Shown here one piece after another: positions 12,053 to 25,700 of a DNA stretch of 64,000 bases. Location of the stretch: contig QPMI01000017.1 of the NCBI GenBank assembly GCA_004431415.1, forward strand, positions 620,001 to 684,000, written 5' to 3'. Made by a program: the position numbers and the translations under genes. The notes below the pieces were generated by a model. The model saw nothing but the letters and a program-made list of their open reading frames with translations, was not told where the DNA came from and searched no databases. The DNA is from Cyanophora paradoxa CCMP329. Taxonomy: Eukaryota; Plantae; Glaucophyta. Each line of letters starts with the position of its first letter. The stretch's first letter is position 1.

Positions 12053-13879
12053 ATGGGAAAACGCAAAGCAGCGAAGCGTGCAGCAGATCCCGAGCCAGTT
12101 ACGCAAAAGATGGAGCTGGAAGTGGAAGAAGTGCCCCCTGAGCCGGCCCCCGCGAAGCAGGACTCGAGCAGGCAGTCCCCTGTGAAGCAAAGTGGTGGGC
12201 CCTTCTCCCGTCGCGTCTTCTGGCGCGACGTTCGCATACTTCTCCGATCTGACACGTCGTACGCCCTCCAGCGCCTCTGGAGGCTGACAGTAGTGCCGAC
12301 TCTGATCCGCTCGAAGAGGTTCGCAAGCGTCCCGCCGCTTGTCCTACCGCGTCGCGGGCCTTAGAACGCGTGCATGTGCTGCGCGTATGGCGTACTCACG
12401 CGGGAGAGCAGGTGGAGCTCACGACGCCCGCTCTCTTCGTTACCAATGTCTCCCCCGCCCCTCTCCCGCCCGCCCCCGCGAGGCTGACTCTCAGGTCTTC
12501 CGCAGGGGTCTTTTGGGCTGGAGGACGTGGCTTCTGAAGCGTCGTCCGAAGGGGATGGGTTTGGTGCGCTTTGCGAATCGCATCGCGTGCCTTGCGCTTA
12601 TCCGTGCGGCCCTGCAGCCTCAGATGACGACTCGCAAGATCAGAGCTGGGTCAACTGGTTCTGCCGCTTAAAGGGGGTGCGTCATTGCGGCCTTTGGATC
12701 GCGGGATCCGGGCCCTGATCTCCCAGCCCTCGCAGAACGAATTCTTTGTTGAGGTAGACGACGAATGGATACAGGACGACTTCAACCTGCACGGCTTGAA
12801 TCAGCAGGGTGCGCCGTCCGCGCGGCAAAAGGAATCGCGCGACGCCGCGGCCGACGCCGGCCCGCCCGCCAGTCCCGGCGCCCTTCTATGAGGCGGCACT
12901 GGACTTGATACTAGACAGCGAGAGCCAGGAGGACTCGCTCTCCGAAGAGCAGCAGGAACTCGTGCGCGCGCCGCGAGCGCCCCGCGCCGCGCAGCGCTGC
13001 GTGCTCGCCGGGCGCCGGCTGACCGGCCGCCCGCCCCCGCGCCGCAGCTCGAGTCGGCGGCCGAGCTGCTCTACGGGCTCATTCACGCGCGGTACCTCCT
13101 CACGGCGCGGGGGACGCAGCAGATGGTCCGCCCGGCCCCCGCCCCCGGCCCCCGGCCCCCGCCCCCGGCTCCGGCCCCGCCTGATGCCCCGCAGCTGGAG
13201 AAGTACAAGCGGGGGGTCTTCGGGCGGTGCCCGCGCGTCCTCTGCGACGGGCAGGAGGTCCTTCCGGTCAGCGCGTCCCCGCGGGGGCGGGCGGGGGCCG
13301 CGGGGCGGGGGCCAACGGGGCGGGGCGGGGCGCAGGTGGGGGAGAACGACCTGCCGCGGCACTCGCACGTGCAGCTCTTCTGCCCCAAGTGCGAGGAGAT
13401 CTACCGCCCCCCGAACCGCCCCCACCGCCTCCTCGACGGCGCCTACGTCCGCCCCACCCCGCCCCGCCCCGCCCCGCCCCGCAACGGGACGCCCCTCTGA
13501 GACCCCCCCCTCTCAGTTTGGGACGAGCTTCCCGCACGTGTTCCTGCAGTGCAACCCGGAGCTGCTGGTGACGCGGCAGCCGGCGAAATACGTACCCCGC
13601 GTCTTCGGCTTCAAGGTCTTTCGCGGCCCGCCCCCCGACCCCTCCGCCCCCTCCTCCTCCGCGCCCCCCTCCTCCACCTCCCCCTCCGCCGCCACCCCGC
13701 CCTTCCCCGCCCTCGGCCCCGCCCCGCCCCTCCCCACCGAGTCGCCCCCGCCGGCCGCGGGGGCCCCCGGCGGGGGCGGCGGGCCGACGTCGGACGGGCG
13801 CAAGGGCAAGGGGACCAAGAAGAAGGCGGTCAACCAGGGGAGCAACGGCATGGGCAAGGTCGGCAAGTTCGGCACCTAG
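12053..13879 (+). CDS. CSNK2B: Casein kinase II regulatory (beta) subunit, with acidic N-terminal and Pro-rich C-terminal extensions
   Basis: Spliced motifs [32 protein letters not shown]; [16 protein letters not shown]; FGRCPRVLC; [10 protein letters not shown]; [13 protein letters not shown]; YVPRVFGFK. These include the CPRxxC...CPKC zinc ribbon. The 5' exons are less certain. Confidence 0.97.
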
Positions 13880-14740
13880 CTAGGCGCCCCGGCCCCGGCC
13901 ACGGCCCCGGCCCCCGCGCACCGCCCCCGGCCCAGCCCTCCCGCCCCGCCCCCGCCGCTCCCCGCCCCCCGTAACTAGTGTCTTTTCAGCCCCTCCAGTC
14001 CGCAGTACTCGTTGCCCGAGTTCGAATCGAACGTTCGCGCGATTAATATTACCGTGGCCAGCCTCATCAAGAGCTTGGGGCGCGTGCTCCTAGATTTCCT
14101 TGGGCTCTGGGGCTAACCCGCGGTTATGATCCTTAACATTGCCGGCTTGCAGTTGCAATTGGGGCTTGGGGCTTGAGCTTGGGGGCTAGCCGGGGGTCTC
14201 GAACGGGATCCGGAATCGAACGTCACAACATGCACATGCATATGTACACGCGCCCGATATATCGATCGCACTTGCTGTCGACGTCGCACGTATAAGTACT
14301 CTACAAAATTAACGTGAAAAACCTGAATTCCCCTCCTCTCAATTGCAAGTCAAGCACATCGCAAGTGGTGAAGCTCAAGCATTCGAATTCAATAGATTTG
14401 CATCACATGAATGCTGATGAAACTGCAGCTGTACAAAAGAATCGAATTTACAAACAGGTCCGAATGAGCCTGAAAGAGAGGCAGTGGGGCGGGCTGCGGA
14501 AGGGGCGGAGCAAGGGACGAATGCTTCAAGGGAGTGCGGGCGTGGACTGTGGAGAAGACGGGGGTGTCATCGCGGGCCGGAGGGTTCGGGTCGAAATGAA
14601 AGACCGGATCCCGAGTGCGGAGACCGGGGGACGGGCGGCGGATCGGGAACTGGGGATGAGGATGGACGGCGGGCCGGGGATGCGGGAGGGCAGGCTCGGA
14701 TTCGGAGGCGGCCCGGGGGCCTTAATAGCCGTGCCGGCGG

Positions 14741-15385
14741 CTACCAGTAGCCGTTGATGTGCACGCCGCGGCCGTTGCCCTGCTCGTCGAATCGCTGCTT
14801 GTAGACGCCTGCGGCGGGGCGGAAGTGAGGCGGAGCCGGCCGTGGGCGGGATCGCAGAAGCGGACGTACCCGTGTACTTGGTGTGGTCGGTGAGGCGGTC
14901 GAAGATGTTGCCGCGCGTGGCGGTGGGCGTGGAGCCGTTCGTCGTGGCCGACCCGCCGCGGACGAGGGCGTGGACCTTGGAGAGGTCCCCCGCGTACTTC
15001 TCGTTGGCGATCTCGGAGAGGGCGCGCTTGAACTGGTCGAAGGTGAGCCGCCGCTCGCCCTTCGTCTTGCAGCGGTTGAAGACGAGGTCCACCGAGGTCG
15101 CTGCGCGCGCGGGGGGTCGGTCAGCGCATGCGCAGCGGAGGCAGCGCGCAGCCGCGGGGCGCACAGGTGTAGCGCGTGTCGACGATCTTGATATCTTTGC
15201 AGAACTTAGCGAACCGCGCGTTGTCCATCGTGTCGGCTCTGCGCAGCGGGGCGCGGAGTTCAGGGCGCGGCGGGCCGACGGGCGGGCGGGAGCGGGGCGA
15301 AAGCGCTAGCTACTCACCCGGCGTTGCCCTGCCCGAACGACGCGTGCTCGAGGAAGCGGGAGTAGAGCTCGTTGTCGGACAGCAT
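14741..15385 (-). CDS. TPPP: p25alpha / tubulin polymerization-promoting protein (TPPP family)
   Basis: Four exons: F..HASFG; MDNARFAKFCKDIKIVD; TSVDLVFNRCKTKGERRLTFDQFKRAL...IFDRLTDHTKYTG; YKQRFDEQGNGRG. These are the diagnostic TPPP motifs. Confidence 0.93.
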
Positions 15386-16059
15386 CTTGTTGGAATGGGT
15401 GGAGTCTTTCGCCGGGGCTGGTGCTCAGCTGAGGCTGTGGCGGCGAGGCGATCGCACGATCTGGCTCGGTGATGATGTAGCTAGCAAGCTTCTCTGACGG
15501 TTAGGAGAGGCTGCAGGCTCGAAGGCAGAGGGGCGCGGCGGGCGGAGGAGGAGGCGTGCGCGCTCGATGAGTGTAAAGAAAAGCGAGGCGCAGGCGCGGT
15601 TTTGATGCAGGGCCATGCGCGGCCACGTCGCTGCCCACGTCGCTCGTTCATGGTCAACCGCCACGTCCGCGACACGCGCCAACTGCCACGTCGAGCTTGA
15701 AGGGAGCGGGGGGGAGAGCTGTGGGAGGGTACAGTGCAACTCACCTGTTCGTCGCCGTCCTTCCCGAGTTCCACAGGTTCTGGGTTCTAGGCTTCTAGCT
15801 CTGATCTCTGCGCTAAGCTAGCACGGCAACAGCAGGTGCGCCGGCTCCGCGTCCCCGCGAATAGAAGCTGGCTGGTTCGTCGGGGCCGTCTTCTTCCGCG
15901 GCCTTGCCACGCCGGCCGCGCCAACCTAGAGTGACCTCTTCCTTGCAGCAGCACACCCCCCGCCCCCCACTAGCTAAAGTTCGGACCGGTTTTTCGCGAA
16001 GTCTACTTCTGGGCCTCCGCTCTCCGGCTCCTGCGCCTGTGCAGCTCCGTACCTTCCTC

Positions 16060-18507
16060 ATGCCAATTCCCCTCAGATTTATCGATCCGATGGGCCCGCT
16101 CATCCTTGCGGGTATCGCGCTCGGGTATTTGGGCTGGCTCAAATTGCGCACGCTCGGGCCCTCCCCGATCAGCGAGCTCCCCGATGGTGCGTGGTCCGAA
16201 TGTTGAGCTTAGAGTCTCGCCGCGCGCGCGTGATGCGCCGGCGGGCAGAGCTGCTGCTGCGCATCTTCTTCCACCTCGGCCCGGTGGAGGCGCACGAGGC
16301 GCGGCTGTTCGCCGTGTGCCGCCGCTGGAAGGAGATCATCGGCGAAACGCGCTGGGAGAGCTTCGAGCTCGCCCCGACGTTCGCCGTCGCCCGCTACGGG
16401 TCGGCCCGCGCCCTCCGCCGCGGCTCAGCTTTCCGCCCCGCGTGACGCGCCGGCAGGCCCAAGGCGCCCGAGCGCATCCTGGAGCGCCTTCGGAACGCGG
16501 CGGAGCCGGCGGGCGGGGCGCGGGAGCCCGAGGCGCCGGGCTTCCGGCGGACGTGCGCGGCGGGGGCGCGGCGCGTCGTCGTGACGGCGCGCAACGACGG
16601 CGCGGCGGGCCTCGCGCTCGAGTCGCTTGAGGCGCTGGCGGCGCAGGCGCGGGGCGCGCTCGCCGGCGTGACGCTCGTCGTCTACGCGGCGGCCAGCGAC
16701 CCCTTCAACGGCTTCGCCGACCGCTTCCTGGGGGCCGCCCTGCAGATCCTGGAGCGGGCCGGGTGCCCCGTGGAGCACCTCTCCCTGGAGGTCCTGGGGA
16801 CGTACGAGCCGCGGCGGCGCCCGCAGCAGCCGCACGAGGCCGACGAGCTCCCCCGCCTCCACCTCGTCCCCTCCCTCCTCCCCTCGGGCCCCGCCTCCGC
16901 TCCCTCATCCTCCCCCGCGTCCGCCGCCCCGCCCCCGCCCCCGCCCTCGCCGCCGCCCGCAGCGAACGCCGCGAACGCCGCGCGCGCAGGTGTGCGCGCT
17001 GCCGCCGGCGGACCTGCGGGAGATCGCGGAGCGCTGCCCCGCGCTGGAGCAGCTGCACGCGACGCTGCACCCGGCGGCCGTGCCGCACCTCGGCTGCCTC
17101 GCGGCCGCCCCGCGGCTCACCTCCCTGGAGCTCGCCTGCCGCTCGCCGGCGCTGCGGCCCGAGGCCCTCGCGCAGGGTCTGGAGGCCCTCGCCGCCTCGC
17201 CCCTGGCCGCCGGCCTCGCCAGGCTCGTCCCCATCACCCCCGTCTGCTTCGACGCCCGCGCCGCCGCCGCCCTCGCCCGCCTCCCCGCCCTCGAGACCGC
17301 CGTCGTCCAGGTGCCCCCGCCCCTCTTCTTTCTCCCCCTCAACTCTTTCCAAGCCTCAACTCCCGCGTCGCAGGTGGACGACGCGGGGGCGCTGCGGGCG
17401 CTGGGGGCCGGGGGCGGCCTGCCCCGCCTCCGCACCCTCGAGATCATCTTCCAGGGCGCCCAGGCCGACCCCGAGAGGACGGGCGGCGCCGATGGGGCCG
17501 ACGGCGAGGTGGCGGCGGCGGCGGCGGGGCGGCGGCGGGTGCGCTGCTGCGGGCGGCGGCGGAGCTGGTGGCGGGCCTGCCCGGGCTGGAGCAGCTGGAC
17601 GTGGCGGTGGCGGCCGGCGAGGGCGACGCGGCCGGCGAGGCGGCCCTCGCCGAGGCCGCCGTCCGCTGCCTCCGCAGCTTCCGCGCCGTCAACGCCCGCC
17701 GCGCGCACCCCTCCCCCGCCCTCCTCGCCGCCCTCGCACCCGCCCCGCGCCTCCAGACCCTCTCCGTCGCCCGCCCCTACGACGCCGCCGACGGCCCCGC
17801 GCTGGCCGCCCTCGCTGACTTCTTCTGCGCCCGGCGCCCGCCCGCCTCCGCCGGCGTCGCCCGCACGCGTCTCTTCCTCTCGGCCATGCCGGGCGCCTGC
17901 GAGGCCGCCCGCCGCCTCGGCCCGCTCCTCGAGGGCAAGGGCGAGCTCCGCCTCGCCCTGCCCTTCGGCCGGCCCCACGCCTGCGACCGCCTGTGCGCCC
18001 GTACCCCGCGCCCCTTCCCCTCGTCTCCCCGCCGAAGCCGACCCGCGCCGGCGCCGGCGCAGGTGCGAGCGGCAGGGCACGCCGCAGTTCCTCTACCACT
18101 CCCTGGTGTACATGAGCCGGCGGGCGCGGATGGCGCACGGGCCGGACCCGCGCTACGGCGTCCTCTGCCCGCGGACGCCGCCGACGGAGAGCGGCGGGCC
18201 CTTCTCGACGCTGATGGTCCGGCGGACGGAGCAGGCGTGGCACTACTGCGTCCAGCGGGCGGCGACGGGGGCGGGGGCGGGGGCGGGGCCGGGGGCGCCG
18301 GCCGAGCTAACGTGGGCGCCCTGCGGGAAGCCGGGGGGCGGGCTGGCCGGGGTGGGCGACGCGGAGGCGCGGTTCGTCGCGTGGCTGGCGGAGGCGGACC
18401 CGACGCCGCCGCCGCCGGAGGCGACGCCCTTCGTCACCGACGTGCTCGCCGCCGCCGCCCCGGGGATCCCCTCCCTCGCCCGCATGCCGCACCTCGCCCT
18501 CCTCTAG
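16060..18507 (+). CDS. F-box + LRR-like protein with a hydrophobic N-terminal segment
   Basis: ISELPD/ELLLRIFFHL...LFAVCRRWKEII is an F-box. LRR-like segments follow: IAERCPALEQL, PRLTSLELAC, LPALETAVV, PRLRTLEI, LPGLEQLDV. Confidence 0.75.
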
Positions 18508-18784
18508 CTCCCGCTTTAGCTGTAGCTAGGCCCTAGTAGGCCCTCTGCGATCGGCTGTTGCTCTGAATTCGAATTTCTCACGAAATGCCGACGTGCGCCG
18601 CTTGCACGCGCCGTCAAGGCCGGCGGCTTCCCCGGGTACGGCGGCAGGTCGGCTTGAGCTTGACCTTCACGAACTTCGCCCGGCGGCCGCGCCAGCTCCA
18701 GCGCCACGCGCCAGCGCCCTACTGCACCTCTTGCTGTAAGTGGAGGTCGGAACGAGCGGGGAGGTGCCGGGCGGCCGCGGGCGG

Positions 18785-20632
18785 ATGTGCGCAGCCGCGC
18801 CAGCACCGAATGGCAGCGCCAGCAGCAGCAGCGCGGCCGTGAGCGTGCACACACGTATAAGGCACATTCTGCAGTGTCCAGCGTGCGCCGAGACGCTCTC
18901 CGACCCGCGAGTCCTCGGATGCAGCTGCACGCTCTGCGCCGAGTGCCTGCGGCGGCTGGCGCGCGCTGGCAGCCGGTCGTGCCCGTCGTGTAGGAGGCCG
19001 ACGCTCCCCCTGACGCTCGAGCAGGCCCGCTTGCCCCTGCAGTGCCGCGTGAGCGCTCGCTCCGCTCATCGCCGGCTTCACATGCAGGTGGAGGCGGTGC
19101 CCCCGAACCTCATCGCGGCCGCCATCCTGGAGCAGTGCGCGGCCGGCAGCTCCGCGCGCTGCGGCTCCGCCTGACGCGCCGCAGCGGGGGCATCGTGGAG
19201 CCGCCGTCGGTGTGGCGCATGATGACGGACAGCCTCGTCGACGCGCTCCCCGACGAAGACGCCCCCGCCGCCGTGCGCCGCCTCCGCAGCGCCCTCTGCG
19301 CCATCCCGCCCGCCCGCCCGCCCGCGCCGACGCGCCCGGGCGCGCAGCAGCCGCAGGGGAGGGCGGGGGTGGCGAAGGCGTCGCCAGCTGCGCGGGCGTC
19401 GGACGGCGGCTCGAGCTGCGACGGCTCGGGCGCGGGGGCGGCGGAGGAGCGGCCGCGGCGGAAGCGGGCGCGGACGGCGTTGGACGAGTCGACGCTGGGG
19501 CGGGAGCAGGTGGAGGCGGCGCTCCTGCGGCCGGCCCCGCGCCCCGGCGGGGAGACGCTCTCGGAGCAGCAGCGCCGCCAGGAGCTCGAGGCCGCCTGCC
19601 TGCGCCGCCTTGTCTCCCTCGCCCGCCGCCCGCCCGCCCCGCCGACCGGCCCTGGGCCGCCGCCGCCCTCGCCCGCCTCGCCGCCGAGGGCGGCCCCCGC
19701 GCCGCCGCCCTCGCCCGCGCCGACGCCGTCCCCGCCCTCCTCGAACTCGTCTGGCCGGCCCCGGCCCGCCTGCGCCCCGCCGGCCCCGCTGGAGCCGGCG
19801 CTGCGGGCGGCGCTGCTGGAGGCGGCGGGGGCGCTGGCGGAGGACGCGGCGGCACGGGGCGCCGTCGCCGCCTCCCACGAGGGCCTCGCGGCGGCCCTGG
19901 CCGAGCTGCGCGCCGCCGGCCCGCTCGCCGCCGGGCCCTCCGCCTCGCCGCCGGCCTCGCCGCCTCGCCGAGGGCCGCCGCGCCCTCGCCGACCTCGACG
20001 GCCTCGGCGCCCTCCTCGCCGCCCGGCGCGCCCTCGGCCCGCCTCCCCGCTCGCCCCGCCTGCGAGCGCGCGGCGGCGGCGCTCGCGGTGGGCAGCGTGG
20101 CGGCGCTGGAGAACCTGGTGGACGCCGGCGTCTCGGAGGCGGTCTGGGCGGAAGCCGGCGCCCCCGCCGAGGCCCTGGGCGTCCTCTCCCTCGCCGTGGG
20201 CACACCCACGGAGGGCGAGGCGCTCGAGCGCGCAGCGCACGCGCTCGTCCACCGGCACGCCGCCTCGGGGGACCCCTTCGCCGCCTCGGCGCCGCCCGCC
20301 TCCTCCGCCTCTACGCCTGCGGCCCGGCGCCGCGAGCGCCCGCGCGGCGGCGGCGGCCGCGGCCGCGCCGCCCCGCCGATGGCCTCGGCGCTGGCGCGGT
20401 GCCCCGGGGCGGTGCCCGTCCTCGTGGCGCTCCTGCGGGAGCGCAGCGAGGAGGTGCGGGCGGCGGCGGGGCAGGTCCGTCCGCCCGTCCGCGCCGCCCC
20501 CCGCCTCCTCCAACGCCCTCCTCCACCTGGCAGGTAGTGGCGGCGGTGCGGCGGGACGGGGCGGGGGCGGCGGCCCTCGACCAGTTCCTCCCCGACGTCC
20601 TCCTCCCCTCCACCTGCGACTACATCCTCTAG
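18785..20632 (+). CDS. RING-finger protein (TRIM-like N-terminal RING) with Ala-rich helical C-terminus
   Basis: LQCPACAETLSDPRVLGCSCTLCAECL...SCPSCR followed by the PPNL motif. The usual His of C3HC4 is replaced by Cys. Confidence 0.8.
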
Positions 20633-21163
20633 CCCCGGCGGCCCCGCGCCCCCTCGCCTCCGCCCGCCCACTGCATGAGCGCTAGCATGAGCCCTTCGAA
20701 TTCCACAGCTCTGCAGCTGAACCGGTGCCGCTTGCCATGTTGGCCTTTCCTCCTCCACCTCCCCCCCCCTCCCCCCTCGCCCCTCGCCCTTCGCCCCCCC
20801 CCCCCCCCCCCCCGCCCCACCCCTGGGCCTGCCCGCCTCCCTACGTGTACGTCGTCGGAAACGAATTCAAATCGATTCAATTCTGAACACCTACGTATAT
20901 ACAGGCGCAGGCCTATTGCAATTGCAAGGCCTAGACATTACTGCAAATGACGTTATCGATCAAAATACTTAAGCTTGAAAGAACTTTAGATCTGGATCTG
21001 GACTATGTAACAGATACAAGAGCTTGCGCATGCAACTGAGCTCAGTAAATATTGAAAGAATATTGGCGAACTTTGGAAAGCATAGCACTAGCTGGAAAGT
21101 CTGGTGTACACTGTACAGGGCCGGGGTGCCCACCGACCGGCGGCTCGACGCCAGACGGCGCGC

Positions 21164-22265
21164 TCAGCTGCTGGGGGAAGAAGCAGGGCGGCGCAACGTT
21201 AGCACGCATAGAGCAGAGAAGAGTGCACAGAAGCTTAGCGCATGCGTGCACAGCTGTTCGCACGGACCTCTTGCGAAACTCGCAGAGCACGGGATGAATG
21301 CGCGCGAACGCCTCGTGGACCTCAGCGCGGCTCTGAGCGGGGGGCGTCAGGTGCAGAGAAAGCGCGGCGGCGCAGGGCGCGGGCGCACCCTGGCGCCCGT
21401 GATCTTGATCTTGCCGCTCCTCTGAACGAGGAGGACGACCCTGGGCTCCTCCATGTGGTACGTGAGGTGCGCCGCCAGCTCGGGCTCGTACTGCGCGCCA
21501 CGCAAGGCACGGGGGGGTCAGCTGGAGGGCGAGGGCCGCGGCCGGGACAGGCGCGGCGCTCACGCTGGTGTACTTGAAGTGTTGCCGAGAGCGCGCGAGC
21601 TTCTCGAGGCGGACGGGGAAGCCGACCTCGCAGGAGCCGTTCACGGTTGTGACGCGGAAGCCGGCGAACTTGACGGGGAAGCCGAGCCGCCGGAGGACGC
21701 GGGCGGTCCGCAGCAGCGCTGCCTTCGCGTCCGCCTCCGTCTTGGCCCCCGCGCAGGTGGCCTTGCCGGTCTGGTAGACGAGGCAGGTCGCCTCCGGGCG
21801 CCGGTGGCGCATCGTGACGTGCGCCGACTTAAGCTTGTACGCGTACTCCACGTTCGGGCCCTTCATCGCCACCGTCCTCAGGTCGACCTCGCACTTCAGG
21901 TCGACGCAGGCGAGCACGTTGATCGACCTGCAGGCGGCGCGGCTGAGCCGCGCGGTGGGCGGACGCGCCCTTCACGCCGACCGAGCGGCAAATACCACGG
22001 AAAGCTCGCGATGCGGAAGGGTGCCGGCGCGGCGGCACCCTCGCTGCGGGCACGCGCATGTGAGCACGCACATGTACATCGGCAGGCGGCCGAGCAGGGC
22101 GCACCAGTCGCGAGTCTCTCGCTTCACCTTCGAATTCAGGCTAATGGGCTTTCTTGTGTGCTGCGGGACTGCTGCTGTCGCCTGAGCCGCCGGCGTGGGT
22201 GTGTGCCGGATGAGCTGGAGGAATGCCTGGTAGGTCGCGAGCGGGACTGCGGCTGTGGGCTGCAT
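21164..22265 (-). CDS. Divergent TATA-binding-protein-related factor (TBP-like/TLF)
   Basis: Two TBP repeats: NVLACVDLKCEVDLRTVAMKGPNVEY...PEATCLVYQTGKATCAGAK; RVLRRLGFPVKF..F.V...GSCEVGFPVRLE; YEPEL..L.Y.M..P.VVLLV..SGKI.ITGA; EVHEAFARIHPVLCEFRK. Confidence 0.9.
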
Positions 22266-22701
22266 GTTTGTGGCGAGGCGGGCGGCGGCTGCACGAAGAC
22301 ACGACAAGCTGCTGATCGAGGGTTGGCTCGAGCAGCGAGTCCGCCTAGTCGTTTGGAGTCGGCCTCAGGTGACCTCCGGAGCGAGACTCAGTGGGACCCG
22401 AGCTTATGAAGCCGCAATTCCGCCGCAGTAAAGCCGCTGGAAGCTCGACGTTGTTCTCCAGGATCCCCAGCCCCCGAGCGGGCCGCGCGGTCGCCGCGAC
22501 GCGCGCCAGGCAGCCGAATCGGACTGACATCGCACCTCGCTGTGCTCCAACAAGCTGAAAAGCATTAACGAGACCTTTGAAGCCGAAGCCGGAGACCGGA
22601 GTGGCGCGGAGTGGCCAGGATGAAGGCATCAAGCTGCGAACGAAGAGATCCTCTACCCTAGACGAAAAAAAGAAAGGCGGTGCCGCTGCTCGGGTCGCGC
22701 G

Positions 22702-25700
22702 ATGTCGGGCGACCAGCGAGAGCTGGAGCGCGTGCGCGAAATAAACACCCGGGCCGCAAAGGAGATTCTGGCGAAGCGCTTCGCCGCGTTCGAGTCGCTA
22801 ATCGGCGACATAGATCTTGACTACGACGAAGAGGTGCGCGATGCGCTGCAGACGCGGTTTCCAGCGCGTCCAAGCGCTCCGCCGCCTAACCCGAGTAACG
22901 CTCGTCCGACCTTTGCCCTCGCATCGGGCTGACAGGATGTCGTGGTGCGTCCTCCTTGCTTGTGTGGCCGCGCACCTCGCTTTGCACCGCCGGCCGCTCC
23001 GGGCCCCCAGCTCCGCTCCAAACGGACCGAGCAGCTGCCGCTGTGTTCCCAACCCTGAGCCGCCCAGCGCCTCTATCTACGCCACACATGACGTTAAGAT
23101 AGCGATCTTAACTCGTAAAAAATGCCGCTAGACGCCGGACGGCATCGCCAGCCCGCCGGCTCTCCTTCGCGCTCCGCTGACCGGACGCTCGCAGATCTCC
23201 TTCCACTGCCAGTACCGGCAGCTCGGGCTGCAGCCGAACACGCTCAGTGCGCGCAGCTCCCTCGCTCGACCGCCGCCGCCGCCGCCGCCGCCGCCCCCTT
23301 CTGACCGGCGGCGGGCAGTCTCCGTGACGGGCTCGCCGCGGTGCCTCGGGGCGTGGGACGTGCGGCGGAGCGTGCCGATCGGCGAGCACGGCGGCCTCTT
23401 CATCCACGTCAGCCGCTCCATGCTCCCCTTCGAGTTCAAGTTCATCATACGGTACCCCCTGCCCCGGCGCCGCTGCTGTACCCCCCCGGCCCGCACCCGG
23501 GCCCTCGCCGACATTCGCCCGGCGCAGGAAGGACGACAAGATTCTGTGGCAGAAGGGTGGCAACTTCAAGGTGCGCGGGGTACAGCGGCCGCCCTAGTTT
23601 CCGCCCCTGACCCCCCCTCCCCTCCGGGGGGGAGCAGATCGGGGGGAAGATACCGGACCGATTCGACCTCGACGTCGAGATGTACATGGGCGAGGTACCC
23701 CCCGCTCACCCTCTCCCCACCTTGTCCCCTCCCCCCCCCTCGCTTTCCGCCCGCCGATCCTCGGGGTACAGGTGACGGACAAGGACAAGAAGCCGATCAC
23801 GTTCAACGACTACTCCTGGCACCATTACCAGTGGGCCCTCACGAACGGGGTACCCACCTCCCCATCCGCAACCGCGTACCCCCGCCAACTTCCTCGCCAA
23901 AAACAGAACACGGCGCGCGTCACGCTGGAGTGCGACCACATGTACCTGGACCCGAGCTGCCGCCTCCGCCGCCTCCTCGACGCCGCCCTCAAGGCCCTCG
24001 ACGCCGCCGCCGTCCCGGTACCCACCTCCCGTTCTTCCCCCGCTCCCCCCCACCACCCCCTATCCTAAAGAGGCGGGCAGGCGCAGCCGGCGTCGGCGCC
24101 GGTGGCGGCAGAGACGGACGTCGACGAGGGCGAGCTGCGCCGCGCCCAGGCCCGCCTCGCGGAGCTCCTCGCGCAGGTACATGTACCCCCCTGAATCATC
24201 ACCCCCCTCCCCCCAACGCCGCGCCCCCCGGCCGCTCGCCTGAGCGGCTGCAGGTGGCGCTGCTGCGGGAGGACGTACCCCCCGGGGCGGGCCGCGCGGC
24301 CGCCGACGCCGCCGACGCGTACGTCGAGGCGGCCGCCGCCGCACTCGCGATTCAGGCCCGCGTACCCCCCGAAACCTCGTCCCCCCCGCAACCCTGTCAC
24401 TGAGGCGGGGGCGCAGGTGGCTGCGGCCTCGGTGCCGGCCTCGGCGCTGGCGGCGGGGGAGGAGGGGCCGGCGCCCGGGGGCCGGCTGCTGGACCTCTCG
24501 CCGGCCTCCCTCCGCCGGGCCGCGGCGCACGCCGCCCCGGCCCCGCCGACGACGTCCGCCACCCCTCCCGCTCCGTGCGGCCGGCCCTGCCCCAACTCGC
24601 CCGCGCTGCTCAAGTTCGCCCTGCGCCTGACCCCCCCCCCACACCCCAGATCGTGGCGGGGTACCGCGTGCTCAAGGCAGGCGACGGACCCTCGGGCCAG
24701 CGCGCGCTGGCCTCGGGCCTGCCCCCCGACGCCGGCTCGTACGCTGTCGGGCCGGAGGCCGCGCCCGCCGCTCGGCCCTCGCGGTCGAGGCCGTGGACGC
24801 CCGGGGTACCCGCCTCGCCGTCTCGGCGTCGGTACCCGTCCCAGAGGCCCCGCGCCGGCGGCCGCGGCGGGCGGGCCCCAGGGGCGCCGCGGCGGCTGCG
24901 GGCGGCCTGCACGGCGGCGCTGGGCTCCATCCCGGCGGCCGTGAGCCTCGAGTGGGATCCGCCGGCCCACGCCGGCGCCTCGCCCCTCGCCTCGTACGAG
25001 CTCTCCTGCAACGGCCGCCCCCTCGCCACGCTCCCCGCGGCGGCCCCGCACCCCGGCTACTCCGCGGCCCTCCCCGAGCTCCCGTGGGCGGGCCCCGGCG
25101 GCCTCTACGTCTTCGCGGTGGCGGCGCGCAACGGGGAGGGCGCCGGCCCCGCCTCCCGCCCCGCCGTCTGCGCCCCCGTCGCCGCCGGCTTCGGCGCGGA
25201 GGCCGCCGCCGCCCTCCCCTCGCCCTCTTCTTCGACGACGCCGGCGGCCCCGTGCGCCGCGCCCCGGTCCCCTGCCGTACCCCCCTCGGGCTCACTCCCC
25301 CCTCCCGGCAGGTGGTGCTGTGGGCGCCGCACGCGGGGCGGTGGAGTGGGCCGACCGGGAGCCAGAGGGGGCGCAGGCGGAGGCGGCGCTGCGGCGGGCG
25401 CGGCGGGCCGGCGAGCTGGCCAAGGCGGCGCGCATGGCCCCGGGCAAGGAGGCCGTCGTCGCCGTCCTGCGCGCCCTCCGCGCCGCCGGCGCCCGCCTCG
25501 CGGCGCTCGAGGCCGAGGCCGCCCGCCTCCGCTCGGAGCTGGAGGCCGCCGAGCGCGCCGCCGGCGAGGCCGCCGCCGCCGCCGACGCCCTCCGCGCCAA
25601 GCTCGCCGTCCGCCGCTCCTCTGAGCGCCCGCCGCCCGCCCTCCGCCCACGCCTCCGCGCGCGCAGGAGAAGTCGACAGAGGCGGCGGAGCTGCGGGGCC

